This document shows, in pieces, positions 1-10,222 of a DNA stretch of 64,000 bases. Each line of letters opens with the position of its first letter. The stretch's first letter is position 1. The notes under the pieces were generated by a model, which ran no database searches, was not told the DNA's origin, and was given only the letters and a program-made list of their open reading frames with translations. This stretch comes from Thermoproteota archaeon (GTDB lineage Archaea > Korarchaeota > Korarchaeia > Korarchaeales > Korarchaeaceae). The DNA lies in the NCBI GenBank assembly GCA_027491915.1, contig JAOZGC010000002.1, positions 544,001 to 608,000 of the forward strand, read 5' to 3'. The translations under genes were made by a program, and so were the position numbers.

Positions 1-1476
1 GAGCCCGGGGGATCGGGGAAATGGGAGAAGATCAGGGGGCTCACCGTCGCGGTCTACGGCAGCGGGGACCTGTCCGACGGGGAGTGGGTGGACGCCGTCC
101 TGGACTTCGCGCGGGACGAGTGCCTGGACTCGGTCGCCCTGGCCGTCTACTGGGTCATGGACGACCTCAGGTCCTCCTCAGTTCACCCGGACCCCTCCGT
201 GACCCCGCCGGACGGGGACGTCAGGGATTTCATCAGGAGGGCCCACGCCAGGGGGCTGAGGGTCGTCCTCAAGCCCTCCTTGTACGTCCTGACGGGCGAT
301 TGGGTGGCCCTGGCCGACCCGGCCGACCCGGACGCCTGGTTCGACGGCTACTCGGACTTCATCCTCGGGTACGCCTCGCTGGCCCAGGAGGAGGGTGTCG
401 AGTTCCTGATCCTGGAGACGGAGCTCAGCTCCCTGGTCGGGGACCCGAGGTGGGTGGACCTGGTCGGGCGGGTCAGGGAGATCTACGGGGGGCTGATAGG
501 GTACGCCCAGCCCCAGGGGTCCCCCTCCGATCCCTCGGAGATCCTGCCCTCCATGGCGGAGGTCGTGGACTTCGTGGGAGTCGACGCCTACTACCCCCTG
601 AACGGCTCCGGCGACTACCGCCGGGCGTGGGACGAGATACACGCCAGCAGGATACTCCCGCTGAGGTTCCTGCTGGGAAAGCCCGTCGTGTTCACGGAGA
701 TCGGGTACAGGAACGTCGAGGGGGCCGACTCAGCCCCCTGGGACTTCGAGTCCCCGGGTCCCAGGGACGACGGGCTCCAGGCCGAGCTCTGGCGCGCCTT
801 CCTCGAGGAGGAGGAGCCGCGGATAGACGGGTTCCTGTACTGGGCGGAGACCAGGGATGAGTGGCTCGTCGGCGGCGACGTGGGATACTCCCTTATGGGA
901 AAGCCGGCGTCCGCGGTCCTAAGGAGGGGGCTCTGCCGCCCGTCCGGGCTCGACTCGGTGGAGGAAGAGGCCCCCCTGACCGCCGTGATCGGATCCGACG
1001 CTGACCTGGCCGCCGCCTACGCGGCCTCCCGGCTCACCTCGGGGGTGGTCAGGCTGGGAGGGGGCGGCCGCGTCCGGCTTCCCCGGGGTCCCCTCCTGGT
1101 TCTGGGGGGCCCGGAGGCCAACCCGGCCGCCGCGATCCTCAACCCGTACCTGGGTGTGGTGGTGGGGCTGGACGGGTCTTCCGGGATCCTGGGGTTCGGG
1201 AACTCGACGATCAGGTTCGAGGTTGACTTCGGGCGCCGGGACGCCGCCGTCCTGGCGGTCGGGGAGGTCAACGGGACCGCGGTCTTCCTGGCGGAGGGCC
1301 TCACCAGGTTCGGGACCGAGGCCGCGGCGGCCTGTCTGGCCTCCCCCTCCTGCAGGCCCAGGGGGAAAGCCTCCCTGGTCTTCTGGGAGGACGTGGACGG
1401 TGACGGGTCGGTCTCACCCGGGGAGCTGGAGGCAGCGCTCCCGGCCGGGCCCTGGGGCGGGGGGGTCCGTCCCTGA
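1..1476 (+). CDS. Secreted glycoside hydrolase, GH113 (beta-mannanase-like), with a C-terminal S-layer/CWB2-like domain; 5' end lies outside the window
   Basis: Frame is open from base 1 (EPGGSGKWEKIRGLTVAV...). GH-A clan motifs: HARGLRVVLKP, LETEL (acid/base), VDFVGVDAYYPL, KPVVFTEIGY (nucleophile), GFLYW. C-terminal LLVLGGPEAN...GLTRFGTEAAA module. Confidence 0.75.
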   Translation, partial: EPGGSGKWEKIRGLTVAVYGSGDLSDGEWVDAVLDFARDECLDSVALAVYWVMDDLRSSSVHPDPSVTPPDGDVRDFIRRAHARGLRVVLKPSLYVLTGDWVALADPADPDAWFDGYSDFILGYASLAQEEGVEFLILETELSSLVGDPRWVDLVGRVREIYGGLIGYAQPQGSPSDPSEILPSMAEVVDFVGVDAYYPLNGSGDYRRAWDEIHASRILPLRFLLGKPVVFTEIGYRNVEGADSAPWDFESPGPRDDGLQAELWRAFLEEEEPRIDGFLYWAETRDEWLVGGDVGYSLMGKPASAVLRRGLCRPSGLDSVEEEAPLTAVIGSDADLAAAYAASRLTSGVVRLGGGGRVRLPRGPLLVLGGPEANPAAAILNPYLGVVVGLDGSSGILGFGNSTIRFEVDFGRRDAAVLAVGEVNGTAVFLAEGLTRFGTEAAAACLASPSCRPRGKASLVFWEDVDGDGSVSPGELEAALPAGPWGGGVRP

Positions 1477-1571
1477 CCGGCCGCCCGGAATATCTTCAAA
1501 ATAATTGAACAGATGGGCCGGCGCGCATTCACTTATAAGCCCTGGGGTCCCGATATAGAGGACGTGGTTCC

Positions 1572-3776
1572 ATGAGGTGCCCGCCGGCCGCAGCCCTGGC
1601 CCTCCTGCTCTCCCTCTCGGCCGTCCCCCCGGCCCCGCCCGGGGGCGCCGGGGCCTCCGTCCCCCGGTCCGGCCCGCCCGGAGTCTTGATACTGGCCAAC
1701 TCGATAGACGCCTCCCTGGCGGACGACCTGATCCGGGAGCTCCAGAGGTACGGGCTCTCCGTCACCGTGGTCGGGGCGTCTGATTTCCCCCCGCACAGGC
1801 GGGACCCGATAGTCGTCGTGCTGGGAGGGCCTGACGCCCCCCAGGGGATAGGGAGCCTGGTGGGCCCCCTCCTCACCCCCGAGGAGAGGAGGGCCGTCAG
1901 GACGCCGGGATCCTCCGAGATGTTCGTCAAGACTGGGGTCTGGGCGCCGGGACAGGTCGTGATCGTGCTGGCCGGCAGCGACAGGTGGGGCACCCAGGAG
2001 GCCCACAGGACGCGCAGGGACGACCTCTTCTCCCTCCTGGCCCCACCCATCGAGATAACGGGGGAGTCGCCCCTGGCCGGGGTGGTCTACGTTTCCTCCC
2101 TCCGCGTGCCCCCGGGCTCGACCCTGAGGCTCACGGGGGACGCCATGATAATCTCCCTGGGGCCGGTGGAGGTGGGGGGGAGGATAAGGGGGAACTGCGT
2201 CAGCCTAGTCCTGGCCGCCAGGGGACCCCTCCACCTCTCGGGCCAGATAGACAACTCCTGCGGGGGGGAGCTGGGCGAGAACGACAGCGGGGGAGGGATC
2301 TACATCTGGTCGGAGGGTAACCTGACCATATCCGGGGCCAACTTCACCACGGACGGCGACGTGCTCGTGTCCAACGGCCTGAACCCCCTCAACTCCAGCG
2401 GGTCCCTGGACTCCAACTCGACCCCCCAGCCGGGTTGGGGGATGACGCCGCCCTCCGGGCGGGGCCTCCCGGCCTGGTGGCCCCCCAACTTCCCGCCGCC
2501 GCCGGCCCCGCCGGGCAACGCCTCCGCCGGCAGGAGGGGGTTCCTGATCGTGGCCAACTCCATATTCGTGCAGAGGGACAGGAGGGGCTGCGTCTGGCGC
2601 GGCGGGGTCAGGTCGAGGTACGTCCTCCACGCCTACGACAACCTGGTGCTCAGGAACGTGATGGTCATCGCCAGGGACGGCAGGCCGGGCTGCAACGGGT
2701 CCGGCCCCGGGAGGGTTGAGGGCGGCAGGGCCGAGCGCGGGGCGTCCATACTGGCGTACGCCGAGGATCCGTTCTACCCGCTCGGCATGCAGGACGCCGG
2801 GAGGCTCGTGGTTGAGGACTGCTGGTTCGTCTCAGGGTCCGGCGGCAGGGGCGGGGACGCCAACGCCACGGGAGATCCAGACGCCCTGGCCCTGGGCGGG
2901 GACGGGGCCCCGGGCGGCGGGATAACCCTGATGGCCACCAGGGAGCTGGTCCTGGAGGGGAGCAACAGGTTCGAGGTGGGCGACGGAGGCAGGGGCGGGG
3001 ACGCGCGCGCCTACGGGGCCCCGGGGGAGGACGGGTGCCCCGGGAAGGGCGGAGGGAAGGCCGAGGCTGTGGCCGGGGACGGTGGAGGGGGTGCCTGGTT
3101 CACCCTCAGGTCTTCGGGCGTCCGGGGGCCCAACCCCTCGGTCTCCGGTGGATCGGGAGGCCGCGGCGGCGACGCCCTGGCCTCCGGGGGCCGCGGCGGC
3201 GACGGGACCGGTCCCGCGTGCGACGGCGGAATCGGGGGGAACTCGAGGGCCGTCGGCGGCGACGGCGGGGCCGCCCAACTCGCCAACCTGGCCGGGATGC
3301 CGATCTCCCCCGGCAGCTTCGTCGGCGGCGACGGCGGGGCGGCCTCGGTGATCTCCGGGAGCAACGGGGGGGACGGGGGCAGCGGGTGCGGCTCAGAACC
3401 GGCCCAGCCCGGGGGCAACGGGGGCCCCGGGGGGAACGTGACGGTCGAGTCCGGCCCCGGCGGGTCGGGGTTCGGGGGGGCCGGTAGGCCCGGGGACGCG
3501 CTGATCAACCTCTCGGGCAACGGGGGCAGCGGCGGCCCGGGTTCCCCGCCCGGATCCGGCGGCCCGGCTGGGGAGAAGTCGGTGGAGACCCACGGCGGGG
3601 CGTCCACCGTCCTGGGATCCTTCCAGGACGGGCCCGACGGGCCCCAGTGCGAGGTCGGGAGGATTCTCCCCGGGGGGAGGGGGAGGGAGGGACCAGCCCC
3701 CGCCGCCCTGGGGTCCGCCGACCGGCGGGCCGCTGACGCGCGGCGCCTCGGGGCCGGCCCGCCGATCCTCCTCTGA
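1572..3776 (+). CDS. Secreted protein with an N-terminal CWB2/S-layer-like domain and a long Gly-rich (PGRS-like) region
   Basis: Hydrophobic signal peptide; VVVLGGPDA...LAGSDRWGT module; many GGxGGxGG(D/N)A repeats from about 2830; TTATAA at 1533. Confidence 0.75.
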   Translation: MRCPPAAALALLLSLSAVPPAPPGGAGASVPRSGPPGVLILANSIDASLADDLIRELQRYGLSVTVVGASDFPPHRRDPIVVVLGGPDAPQGIGSLVGPLLTPEERRAVRTPGSSEMFVKTGVWAPGQVVIVLAGSDRWGTQEAHRTRRDDLFSLLAPPIEITGESPLAGVVYVSSLRVPPGSTLRLTGDAMIISLGPVEVGGRIRGNCVSLVLAARGPLHLSGQIDNSCGGELGENDSGGGIYIWSEGNLTISGANFTTDGDVLVSNGLNPLNSSGSLDSNSTPQPGWGMTPPSGRGLPAWWPPNFPPPPAPPGNASAGRRGFLIVANSIFVQRDRRGCVWRGGVRSRYVLHAYDNLVLRNVMVIARDGRPGCNGSGPGRVEGGRAERGASILAYAEDPFYPLGMQDAGRLVVEDCWFVSGSGGRGGDANATGDPDALALGGDGAPGGGITLMATRELVLEGSNRFEVGDGGRGGDARAYGAPGEDGCPGKGGGKAEAVAGDGGGGAWFTLRSSGVRGPNPSVSGGSGGRGGDALASGGRGGDGTGPACDGGIGGNSRAVGGDGGAAQLANLAGMPISPGSFVGGDGGAASVISGSNGGDGGSGCGSEPAQPGGNGGPGGNVTVESGPGGSGFGGAGRPGDALINLSGNGGSGGPGSPPGSGGPAGEKSVETHGGASTVLGSFQDGPDGPQCEVGRILPGGRGREGPAPAALGSADRRAADARRLGAGPPILL

Positions 3777-3792
3777 TCCGCCCGGTAGGCCC

Positions 3793-4749
3793 TCACTCCG
3801 GGACCACGTGGGTCCCGTCCTCGCCCCTGAGGGCCTCGGCCACCCTGCCGAGCTTCGCTATGATCGCCTCCTTCCCCCCGGCCTCCACGAACCTGATGCA
3901 GGCCTTGACCTTGGGCCCCATGCTCCCCTTCTTGAAGTGGCCCTCCTCGTAGTACCTCTTGGCCTCTTCCAGAGTCATCCTGTCTATCTTCTTCTGCCGC
4001 GGGGTGTTGTAGTTCAGGTAGGCGCCGTCCACGTCGGTGAGGATGACGAACCTGTCGGCCCCTATCAGGGTGGCCAGCCTCTCACCGGCCAGGTCCTTGT
4101 CTATCACGGCCTCGACCCCCCTGGCGTGGATCCCGTCCTCCTCCACTATCGGTATCCCGCCGCCGCCGGAGGCGACCACTATGTACCCGGCCTCCACCAG
4201 GGTCCGTATGGCGCCCCTCTCGGCTATGATCTTGGGGTCCGGGGAGGGCACCACCCTCCTGTACCCCCGGCCGGCGTCCTCCACGATCACCCAGTCCGGC
4301 CTCTCTCTCCTGATCCTCTCGGCCTCCTCCCTGCTGTAGAAGGGGCCCACGGGCTTCGTCGGGTTCTGGAAGGCCGGGTCGTCCGGATCCACTATGACCC
4401 TGGTGACCACCGTCACCACGTACTTGTCTATCCCCCTCTCCTTTAGCTCGTTCCTGAGGGCCTGCTGTATCATGTACCCTATGAACCCCTGGGTCTCGGC
4501 GCCGCAGGCGTCCATGGGGAAGGCCGGGATGCCGAACATCTTCTGGCCCGCGTCGTGCCGCAGGAGCGTGGCCCCGACCTGGGGCCCGTTCCCGTGGGTT
4601 ATGACCAGGTTGTACCCCTGCTCCACCAGGTTGGCCAGATCCTTGGCGGTCTTCTTGACGTTATCGTACTGCTCCTCGAAGGTTCCCCTCTGGCCCCTCT
4701 GGAGGAGGGCGTTCCCGCCCAGCGCGACCACTATGGTCTCTCCCCGCAT
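3793..4749 (-). CDS. arcC: Carbamate kinase
   Basis: [50 protein letters not shown]. Confidence 0.97.
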   Translation of the reverse strand: MRGETIVVALGGNALLQRGQRGTFEEQYDNVKKTAKDLANLVEQGYNLVITHGNGPQVGATLLRHDAGQKMFGIPAFPMDACGAETQGFIGYMIQQALRNELKERGIDKYVVTVVTRVIVDPDDPAFQNPTKPVGPFYSREEAERIRRERPDWVIVEDAGRGYRRVVPSPDPKIIAERGAIRTLVEAGYIVVASGGGGIPIVEEDGIHARGVEAVIDKDLAGERLATLIGADRFVILTDVDGAYLNYNTPRQKKIDRMTLEEAKRYYEEGHFKKGSMGPKVKACIRFVEAGGKEAIIAKLGRVAEALRGEDGTHVVPE

Positions 4750-4771
4750 GCCACCACCTCGGACCGGCCGA

Positions 4772-5677
4772 CTAACCTCCCTTGTTTATTTCCTTTACCC
4801 TCCCGGAGCCCGATTCGCCGGCGATCCCCCTGACCCACTCCACGAGCTCCCACGGGGTCAGCGCTCCCCTCGGGGCCCCCAGGTCGGCCAGCGCGTCGGC
4901 CAGCAGGGTTATCTGGGGGGGCTTTATGAAGGCCCTCTCCAGCACCTCCGCCTCCTCGAAGACCTTCCTGGTAGGGGCGTCCATCAGGATCTCCCCGTCG
5001 GCCATGACCACGGTCCTCCTGGCGTACCTGGCCACTATGGGCATGTCGTGCGTTATTATGATGATCGTGTAGCCCTGCCGGTTCAGGTCTGTCAGGAAGT
5101 CCATTATCTCTATCGACTGCTTGAAGTCCTGCCCGGTGGTGGGCTCGTCCACTATTATCACGCTCGGCCTCATGGCCAGTATGGAGGCTATGGCCACCCT
5201 CTGCCTCAGCCCCTTGCTCAGGAAGAACGGGTGCTCCTCCCTGTACTCGTCCGAGAGGCCCGCTATCCTCATGGCCTCCCTCACCCTCTCCTCCACCTCC
5301 TCCGGCGGGAGCTTGAGGTTCCTCGGGCCGTAGGCGACCTCGTTGTAGACCGTGTCGTTGAACAGCTGGTGGTCGGGGTTCTGGAATATGTAACCGACCT
5401 TGGTGGCCAGGTAGGACGTCTTGGCCTCCCTGGTGTCCATCCCGAACACCAGGGCCCTCCCCTCGGTGGGCTTGAGGAGACCGGCTATGACCTTGGATAG
5501 GGTGGTCTTGCCCGACCCGTTCTGGCCTATGAAGGCCAGGAACTCTCCCCTCTCTATCCTGAGGTTCACCCCCCTGAGGGCGACCGTGCCGTCCGGATAG
5601 ACGAAGGTCACGTTCTGGACGTCCACGGCCACCTCACCCTCTCCGGCGCCCGCGCCGCTCACCTCGGCGGATCCCAC
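4772..5677 (-). CDS. ecfA2: ECF transporter ATPase (A' component)
   Basis: Walker [27 protein letters not shown] signature, [14 protein letters not shown]. Confidence 0.92.
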   Translation of the reverse strand: MGSAEVSGAGAGEGEVAVDVQNVTFVYPDGTVALRGVNLRIERGEFLAFIGQNGSGKTTLSKVIAGLLKPTEGRALVFGMDTREAKTSYLATKVGYIFQNPDHQLFNDTVYNEVAYGPRNLKLPPEEVEERVREAMRIAGLSDEYREEHPFFLSKGLRQRVAIASILAMRPSVIIVDEPTTGQDFKQSIEIMDFLTDLNRQGYTIIIITHDMPIVARYARRTVVMADGEILMDAPTRKVFEEAEVLERAFIKPPQITLLADALADLGAPRGALTPWELVEWVRGIAGESGSGRVKEINKGG

Positions 5678-5684
5678 GGGTTCA

Positions 5685-6548
5685 TCACCTCCCCCTCAAC
5701 CCGGACAGGGCCTCCCTTGACGCCGATATGGCCTCCTCCAACGTCAGGGGTATCGGCCCGTCATAGAGGCCCATCTTCCTGAGCTCACTCACGAACACCA
5801 TCGGCTCCGGCGGGAACACGCCGTGCTCCAGGAGGAAATCTATGTCGTCGAAGAACTCCCTGGGGGGCGCGTCCCTCAGCACCCGGCCGTCGTGGACCAG
5901 GATGAACCTGTCGGCCAGGGGGGCTATGTCCTCCATCCTGTGCTCCACCACTATTATCGTGGCGTTGTAGCTCCTCCTCATCTCCCTCAGGACCTCTATG
6001 ACCTCCGTCTTGCCCACGGGATCCAGCATGGAGGTGGGCTCGTCCAGGATTATTATCTCCGGCCTCATGGCCAGTATGGAGGCTATGGCAACCCTCTGCT
6101 TCTGTCCCCCGCTCAGCTCGTACGGGGGCTTCTCCAGGTAGTCCATCGGTATGTGGGCCAGCCCCAGGGACCACTCCACCCTCTCCCTTATCTCGTCCAC
6201 GTCCAGCCCTATGTTCTCCAGCCCGAACACCACCTCCTCCTCGACGGTCATGGAGAGGAACTGGCTCTCCGGGTCGGAGAACACGAAGCCCACGTGCCTG
6301 GCTATGTCGGCCACCGGGTGCTCCCTGGTGTCCATCCCCTTCACGACGACGCTCCCCTCTATCACCCCGTAGTAGTTGTTGGGGATCAGGCCGTTCATGG
6401 CCATGACCAGGGTGCTCTTCCCCGAGTCGTTCGGCCCCACGATGGCGACGAACTCGCCCTGCTCCACCGAGAGGTTGACCCCCCTCAGGGCCCACCTCTC
6501 CTGTCCCTCGTACCTCCAGCCGAAGTTCTCCATCCGGATTACCGGCAT
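5685..6548 (-). CDS. ecfA1: ECF transporter ATPase (A component)
   Basis: Walker A GPNDSGKST, LSGGQKQR, LDEPTSMLDP, VEHR. Confidence 0.92.
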   Translation of the reverse strand: MPVIRMENFGWRYEGQERWALRGVNLSVEQGEFVAIVGPNDSGKSTLVMAMNGLIPNNYYGVIEGSVVVKGMDTREHPVADIARHVGFVFSDPESQFLSMTVEEEVVFGLENIGLDVDEIRERVEWSLGLAHIPMDYLEKPPYELSGGQKQRVAIASILAMRPEIIILDEPTSMLDPVGKTEVIEVLREMRRSYNATIIVVEHRMEDIAPLADRFILVHDGRVLRDAPPREFFDDIDFLLEHGVFPPEPMVFVSELRKMGLYDGPIPLTLEEAISASREALSGLRGR

Positions 6549-6552
6549 TGGA

Positions 6553-7413
6553 TCACCCGAACCTGACCCTGTACAGGAGGGAGTTCTCCGCCCTGAGCCA
6601 GCCGTACTGATAGTTCACGAACACTATGGCGGCGAGGAAGGCGAACATGATTGCGATGAGCGCCACGTCTGCCCCCCTGATCTTGTACTTCTTCGGTATG
6701 TAGTCGGTCCTCTTCCCGCCCTTGAACAGGCCGGAGAACCTGAAGGCCCTGGAATCCAGGGCGTTGGAGACCTCTTCGGCCCTCCTTATCGCCAACCCGA
6801 CCAGGGGAACTATGTAGAGCCCGAACTTCTTCACCTTCTCCGAGAAGGGGAGCTCCGCCAGGTCCAGGGCCCTGGCCTTCTCGGCCTCCCTTATGGTGAA
6901 GAAGTCTATTATGGAGAGGCCTATGGACCTGAGGGAGAGGCCCGCCAGGTAGCAGACGACGAAGGGGAGCCTCAGGGTCCTGAGCCCCACCACAACGTCC
7001 CTCTCCCTCATGGTGCTCAGGAAGAAGATTATGACCAGGATGGCCAGCACCAGCTGCAGGTAGACCAGGATGGCCCACCTGAGGTTCTCCCAGCATACCC
7101 TTATCGGCCCGAGCCGCAGGAGGACCGTGTACTCGGGCCTGTATCCCCCGAAGAACGTGTAGGCTATGGCTATGACGAAGAACAGGTTGACGAACGCCAT
7201 CTTGTATCCCTTTATGACGCTCAGGTCGACCTTGGCAGCCTTGAACAGGGCCAGCATGAACAGCGAGCCGGCCAGGTTGGCCTCGGGGAGCTGGGTGAGC
7301 ATGGGGTAGGCGCTGACCACCAGCAGGAAGAGGACCTTGGTCACCGGGTGGAGCGAGAATATCGGCGACTCCTCCGGGAGGTAACCGAGGAGAGACCGTC
7401 TCATCTTTGGCAT
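6553..7413 (-). CDS. ecfT: ECF transporter transmembrane T component
   Basis: LHPVTK N-terminal motif, several TM helices, two conserved Arg motifs (EKARA, LDSRAF); adjacent to two ECF ATPases. Confidence 0.9.
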   Translation of the reverse strand: MPKMRRSLLGYLPEESPIFSLHPVTKVLFLLVVSAYPMLTQLPEANLAGSLFMLALFKAAKVDLSVIKGYKMAFVNLFFVIAIAYTFFGGYRPEYTVLLRLGPIRVCWENLRWAILVYLQLVLAILVIIFFLSTMRERDVVVGLRTLRLPFVVCYLAGLSLRSIGLSIIDFFTIREAEKARALDLAELPFSEKVKKFGLYIVPLVGLAIRRAEEVSNALDSRAFRFSGLFKGGKRTDYIPKKYKIRGADVALIAIMFAFLAAIVFVNYQYGWLRAENSLLYRVRFG

Positions 7414-7490
7414 TCGAGCTCACCCTCGACCCACTCGGGCGCGCGATCGGTCGGCGTCGAGGAGGAGAAATAAAGGGGAGAGATGGGGGC

Positions 7491-8099
7491 TCACGCCCAC
7501 CATCCCTTGACGAAGGACCTGTGCCTCACGACCAGCGGGGACAGGGCCTTCAGCAGGATTATGCCGAAGATCAGGGAGGGGACCCCGTTCCCGATGGTCC
7601 ACCCCGAGAAGAACAGGGGAACGGACTCCACGGTTATCAGGCCGAACCACTGGAGGGCCGTCACGGCCCAGGCGGCCCCGGCCAGGTTGTTCACCACGAC
7701 GCCCCATATGATGTAGTGGAGGTAGTCGGACCCCTTGGTGAGCCGCGGGTCGGCCTTGAAGAACTTGAAGGCCCAGGCCGGTATTATCCCCTGGAGCAGG
7801 TTGGACGGCAGGTAGGCGAAGCTCACGTACAGGGGCGCCCCGGCCAGCGAGTTGGATATGAACGGGAACAGGAAGCCGGCGAGCACGCCCCACATGCCGA
7901 ACCATATGGAGCCCACGGCCTGAACCGCGACGCCCGGCCAGAAACCGGTGACTCCGTAGCCCAGCGGAACCGAAAGGCTGCCGAAGGTACCGGCGACCGC
8001 GCCGACGCCTATCAGGAGGGCCATTATGGCTATGTGGACTGTTCCGGGCTTCCTGACCTCGCCCGGCTCGACCTCCCAGACCGACTTGGCTGATGGCAT
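7491..8099 (-). CDS. ECF transporter substrate-binding S component, substrate unknown
   Basis: About 200 aa with about 6 TM helices; FWPGVAVQAVGSIWFGMWG segment; first gene of the ecf operon; TTTATTA box about 25 nt upstream. Confidence 0.75.
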   Translation of the reverse strand: MPSAKSVWEVEPGEVRKPGTVHIAIMALLIGVGAVAGTFGSLSVPLGYGVTGFWPGVAVQAVGSIWFGMWGVLAGFLFPFISNSLAGAPLYVSFAYLPSNLLQGIIPAWAFKFFKADPRLTKGSDYLHYIIWGVVVNNLAGAAWAVTALQWFGLITVESVPLFFSGWTIGNGVPSLIFGIILLKALSPLVVRHRSFVKGWWA

Positions 8100-8275
8100 A
8101 GTTCTTTGACGATTTCGGTTGCTAATAAACTAGGCGGTCGTCTAACCCCTCGACCGACCCGGTCGTCCGCTATCTCGCCGAGAAACCATAAAAGAGACAC
8201 ATTTCCATTTACGGGACTCGGGTCCCGGACCGAGGGGGGCGGGCGGGCTGGGGCGGTCGGCCGCGCCCCCAACCC

Positions 8276-9169
8276 TCACTCCCTGGAGTAGGGCCTCCCC
8301 ACGGCGGCGGGAGGCCTGACCCTCCCGACGGCCGCGGATACTATGGCCAGGGTTGCGGCGTAGGGGATGGTCTTCAGCAGGAACCCCATGGCCGGGGACC
8401 TCATGACTATCTCCAGGTAGGTGGCCAGGCCGTCGAAGAAGCCGAATATCAGCCCCCCGCCCACCGCGACCAGCGGGTTCCAGTTGCTGAACACCACGTT
8501 TGCCAGCGCTATGAACCCCCTGCCCGCGGTCATCTGCTTGGTGAACTGCCCGACGTAGTCCACGCTCATGTAGGCCCCGGCCAGCCCGGACAGGGCAGCC
8601 CCGATCACCGTCGCCAGGAACCTGACGCGGAACACGTTCACCCCCATGGCCTCCGCCGCCGCCGGGTCCTCGCCGGCGGCCCTCAGCCTCAGCCCCCCCT
8701 TGGTCCTGAACAGGTAGTACCAGGAGGCGGCGGCCACGGCCAGGGTCAGGGGGAAGAACCAGGAGATCTCCCCCAGGGGGCCGGCCGGTATCCTGGGCAC
8801 CTTGGGGACCCACGGGCTCTGCCCGTAGCTGTTCCAGACCCTCATCAGGGTCACCACCGCCACCCCGTACGCCAGTATGTTGACCCCGACCCCGGCCACT
8901 ATCTGGTCCCCCCTGAGGTGGACGGACACCGCGCCGTGGACCAGCCCGACCGCCACGCCCACCGCGACCCCGGCCAGCACCCCGAGGTAGGGGCTCCCGG
9001 AGAAGTAGGACACGTAGGCGGCCCCCAGGGCGCTCATGAGCATTATCCCCTCGAGGCCTATGTTGACCACGCCGGACCTCTCCGTTATCACCTCGCCGAC
9101 CGCCGCCAGGGTCAGGGGTACCATGGCCCTCAGCGCGGTCGAGGTGAGGGTGGCCACCTCCACGCCCAT
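8276..9169 (-). CDS. Nucleoside/simple-sugar ABC transporter permease (CUT2, NupC-like)
   Basis: ERSGVVNIGLEG, GLRLRAAGEDP, TAGRGFIALA, W-N-P motifs. Confidence 0.93.
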   Translation of the reverse strand: MGVEVATLTSTALRAMVPLTLAAVGEVITERSGVVNIGLEGIMLMSALGAAYVSYFSGSPYLGVLAGVAVGVAVGLVHGAVSVHLRGDQIVAGVGVNILAYGVAVVTLMRVWNSYGQSPWVPKVPRIPAGPLGEISWFFPLTLAVAAASWYYLFRTKGGLRLRAAGEDPAAAEAMGVNVFRVRFLATVIGAALSGLAGAYMSVDYVGQFTKQMTAGRGFIALANVVFSNWNPLVAVGGGLIFGFFDGLATYLEIVMRSPAMGFLLKTIPYAATLAIVSAAVGRVRPPAAVGRPYSRE

Positions 9170-10222
9170 TCAGCCGCCCCCCTCCGACGTCCCTCCCGCC
9201 CCCCTCCCGAAGCGCAAGGCGGAGGCCAGCATCCTGTAGGCCTCCGGGACGGCGAGGGCGAATATGACGACCCCGGTGACCGCCTCCACGAGCTCCCTGG
9301 GGACCCCCACCTCCAGCTGCATCCCGTGACCCCCCACCGCCATCAGGGCGAAGAGGGCCGACGACAGCACTATCCCCACCGGGTGGTTCCTGCCGACCAG
9401 GGCCACCCCTATGCCGTCGAAGCCCATGCCGGCCATGACGCTGGCGTGGGAGTCCAGGTAGAAGGACCTCCCTAGGACCACCAGGACGCCCGCCAGCCCG
9501 GAGACCCCGCCGCTCAGGGCCATGGATATGGCCGTTACCCTCCTCGGGTCGGCCCCGCCGTACCTGGCCGCCTTGGGCTGGAGGCCCACCGCCCTTATGT
9601 CGTAGCCGAGGCTGGTCCACCAGAGGAGGTAGAGCATGACCAGGGCCGCCGCGACCGCCACCAGGAAGGCCGTCGGGAGCTCAGACACCCTGGGAAACCT
9701 GGCCGTGACCGGCACGTCCAGAGACCTCCACGGCCTCTGGGGACTCGGGTAGTATATCGTGACGAAGTACCCCAGCAGGAAGTAGGCTATCCAGTTCAGC
9801 ATTATGGTCGAGACCACCTCGTTGACCCCCCTGTAAACCTTCAGGATCCCGGCCAGGGCCCCGTAACCGGCCCCGACGGCCACCCCGGCCAGGGTCGGGA
9901 GCACGGGCTCCCTGGTCGCGAGGGACACCACCAGGGCCACCAGCCCACCCAGGTACATCTGCCCCTCCATGCCTATGTTGAAGAGGCTCGCCCTGGCCGC
10001 GACGGCGAACCCCAGGCCCGTCAGCAGTATTGGGGTGGCCCTGTCCAGGACGGCCGAGGGGTCGGAGAGGGCCCAGGAGAACATGGCGTAGATGCCCCTG
10101 GCCGGGTCGGCCCCGACCCCGGCCAGGACTGCCGCGCCGGCCGCCAGCCCGATGGCCAGGGAGAGGGAGACCTCCGCCAGGGGGCCCGCGTACCTGCCCG
10201 GAGAGCCGAGCCCGAGCCTCAT
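9170..10222 (-). CDS. Nucleoside/simple-sugar ABC transporter permease (CUT2, NupB-like)
   Basis: LFNIGMEGQ, NEVVSTIMLNWIA, GFDGIGVALVGRNHP. Start re-set to the ATG at 10222, which overlaps the upstream stop (ATGA). Confidence 0.93.
   Translation of the reverse strand: MRLGLGSPGRYAGPLAEVSLSLAIGLAAGAAVLAGVGADPARGIYAMFSWALSDPSAVLDRATPILLTGLGFAVAARASLFNIGMEGQMYLGGLVALVVSLATREPVLPTLAGVAVGAGYGALAGILKVYRGVNEVVSTIMLNWIAYFLLGYFVTIYYPSPQRPWRSLDVPVTARFPRVSELPTAFLVAVAAALVMLYLLWWTSLGYDIRAVGLQPKAARYGGADPRRVTAISMALSGGVSGLAGVLVVLGRSFYLDSHASVMAGMGFDGIGVALVGRNHPVGIVLSSALFALMAVGGHGMQLEVGVPRELVEAVTGVVIFALAVPEAYRMLASALRFGRGAGGTSEGGG

Noticed and set aside
8100-8275. Riboswitch upstream of the ECF operon
   Set aside because: A TATA-like box lies about 25 nt from the ATG, implying a leaderless mRNA, and no known aptamer consensus was seen.
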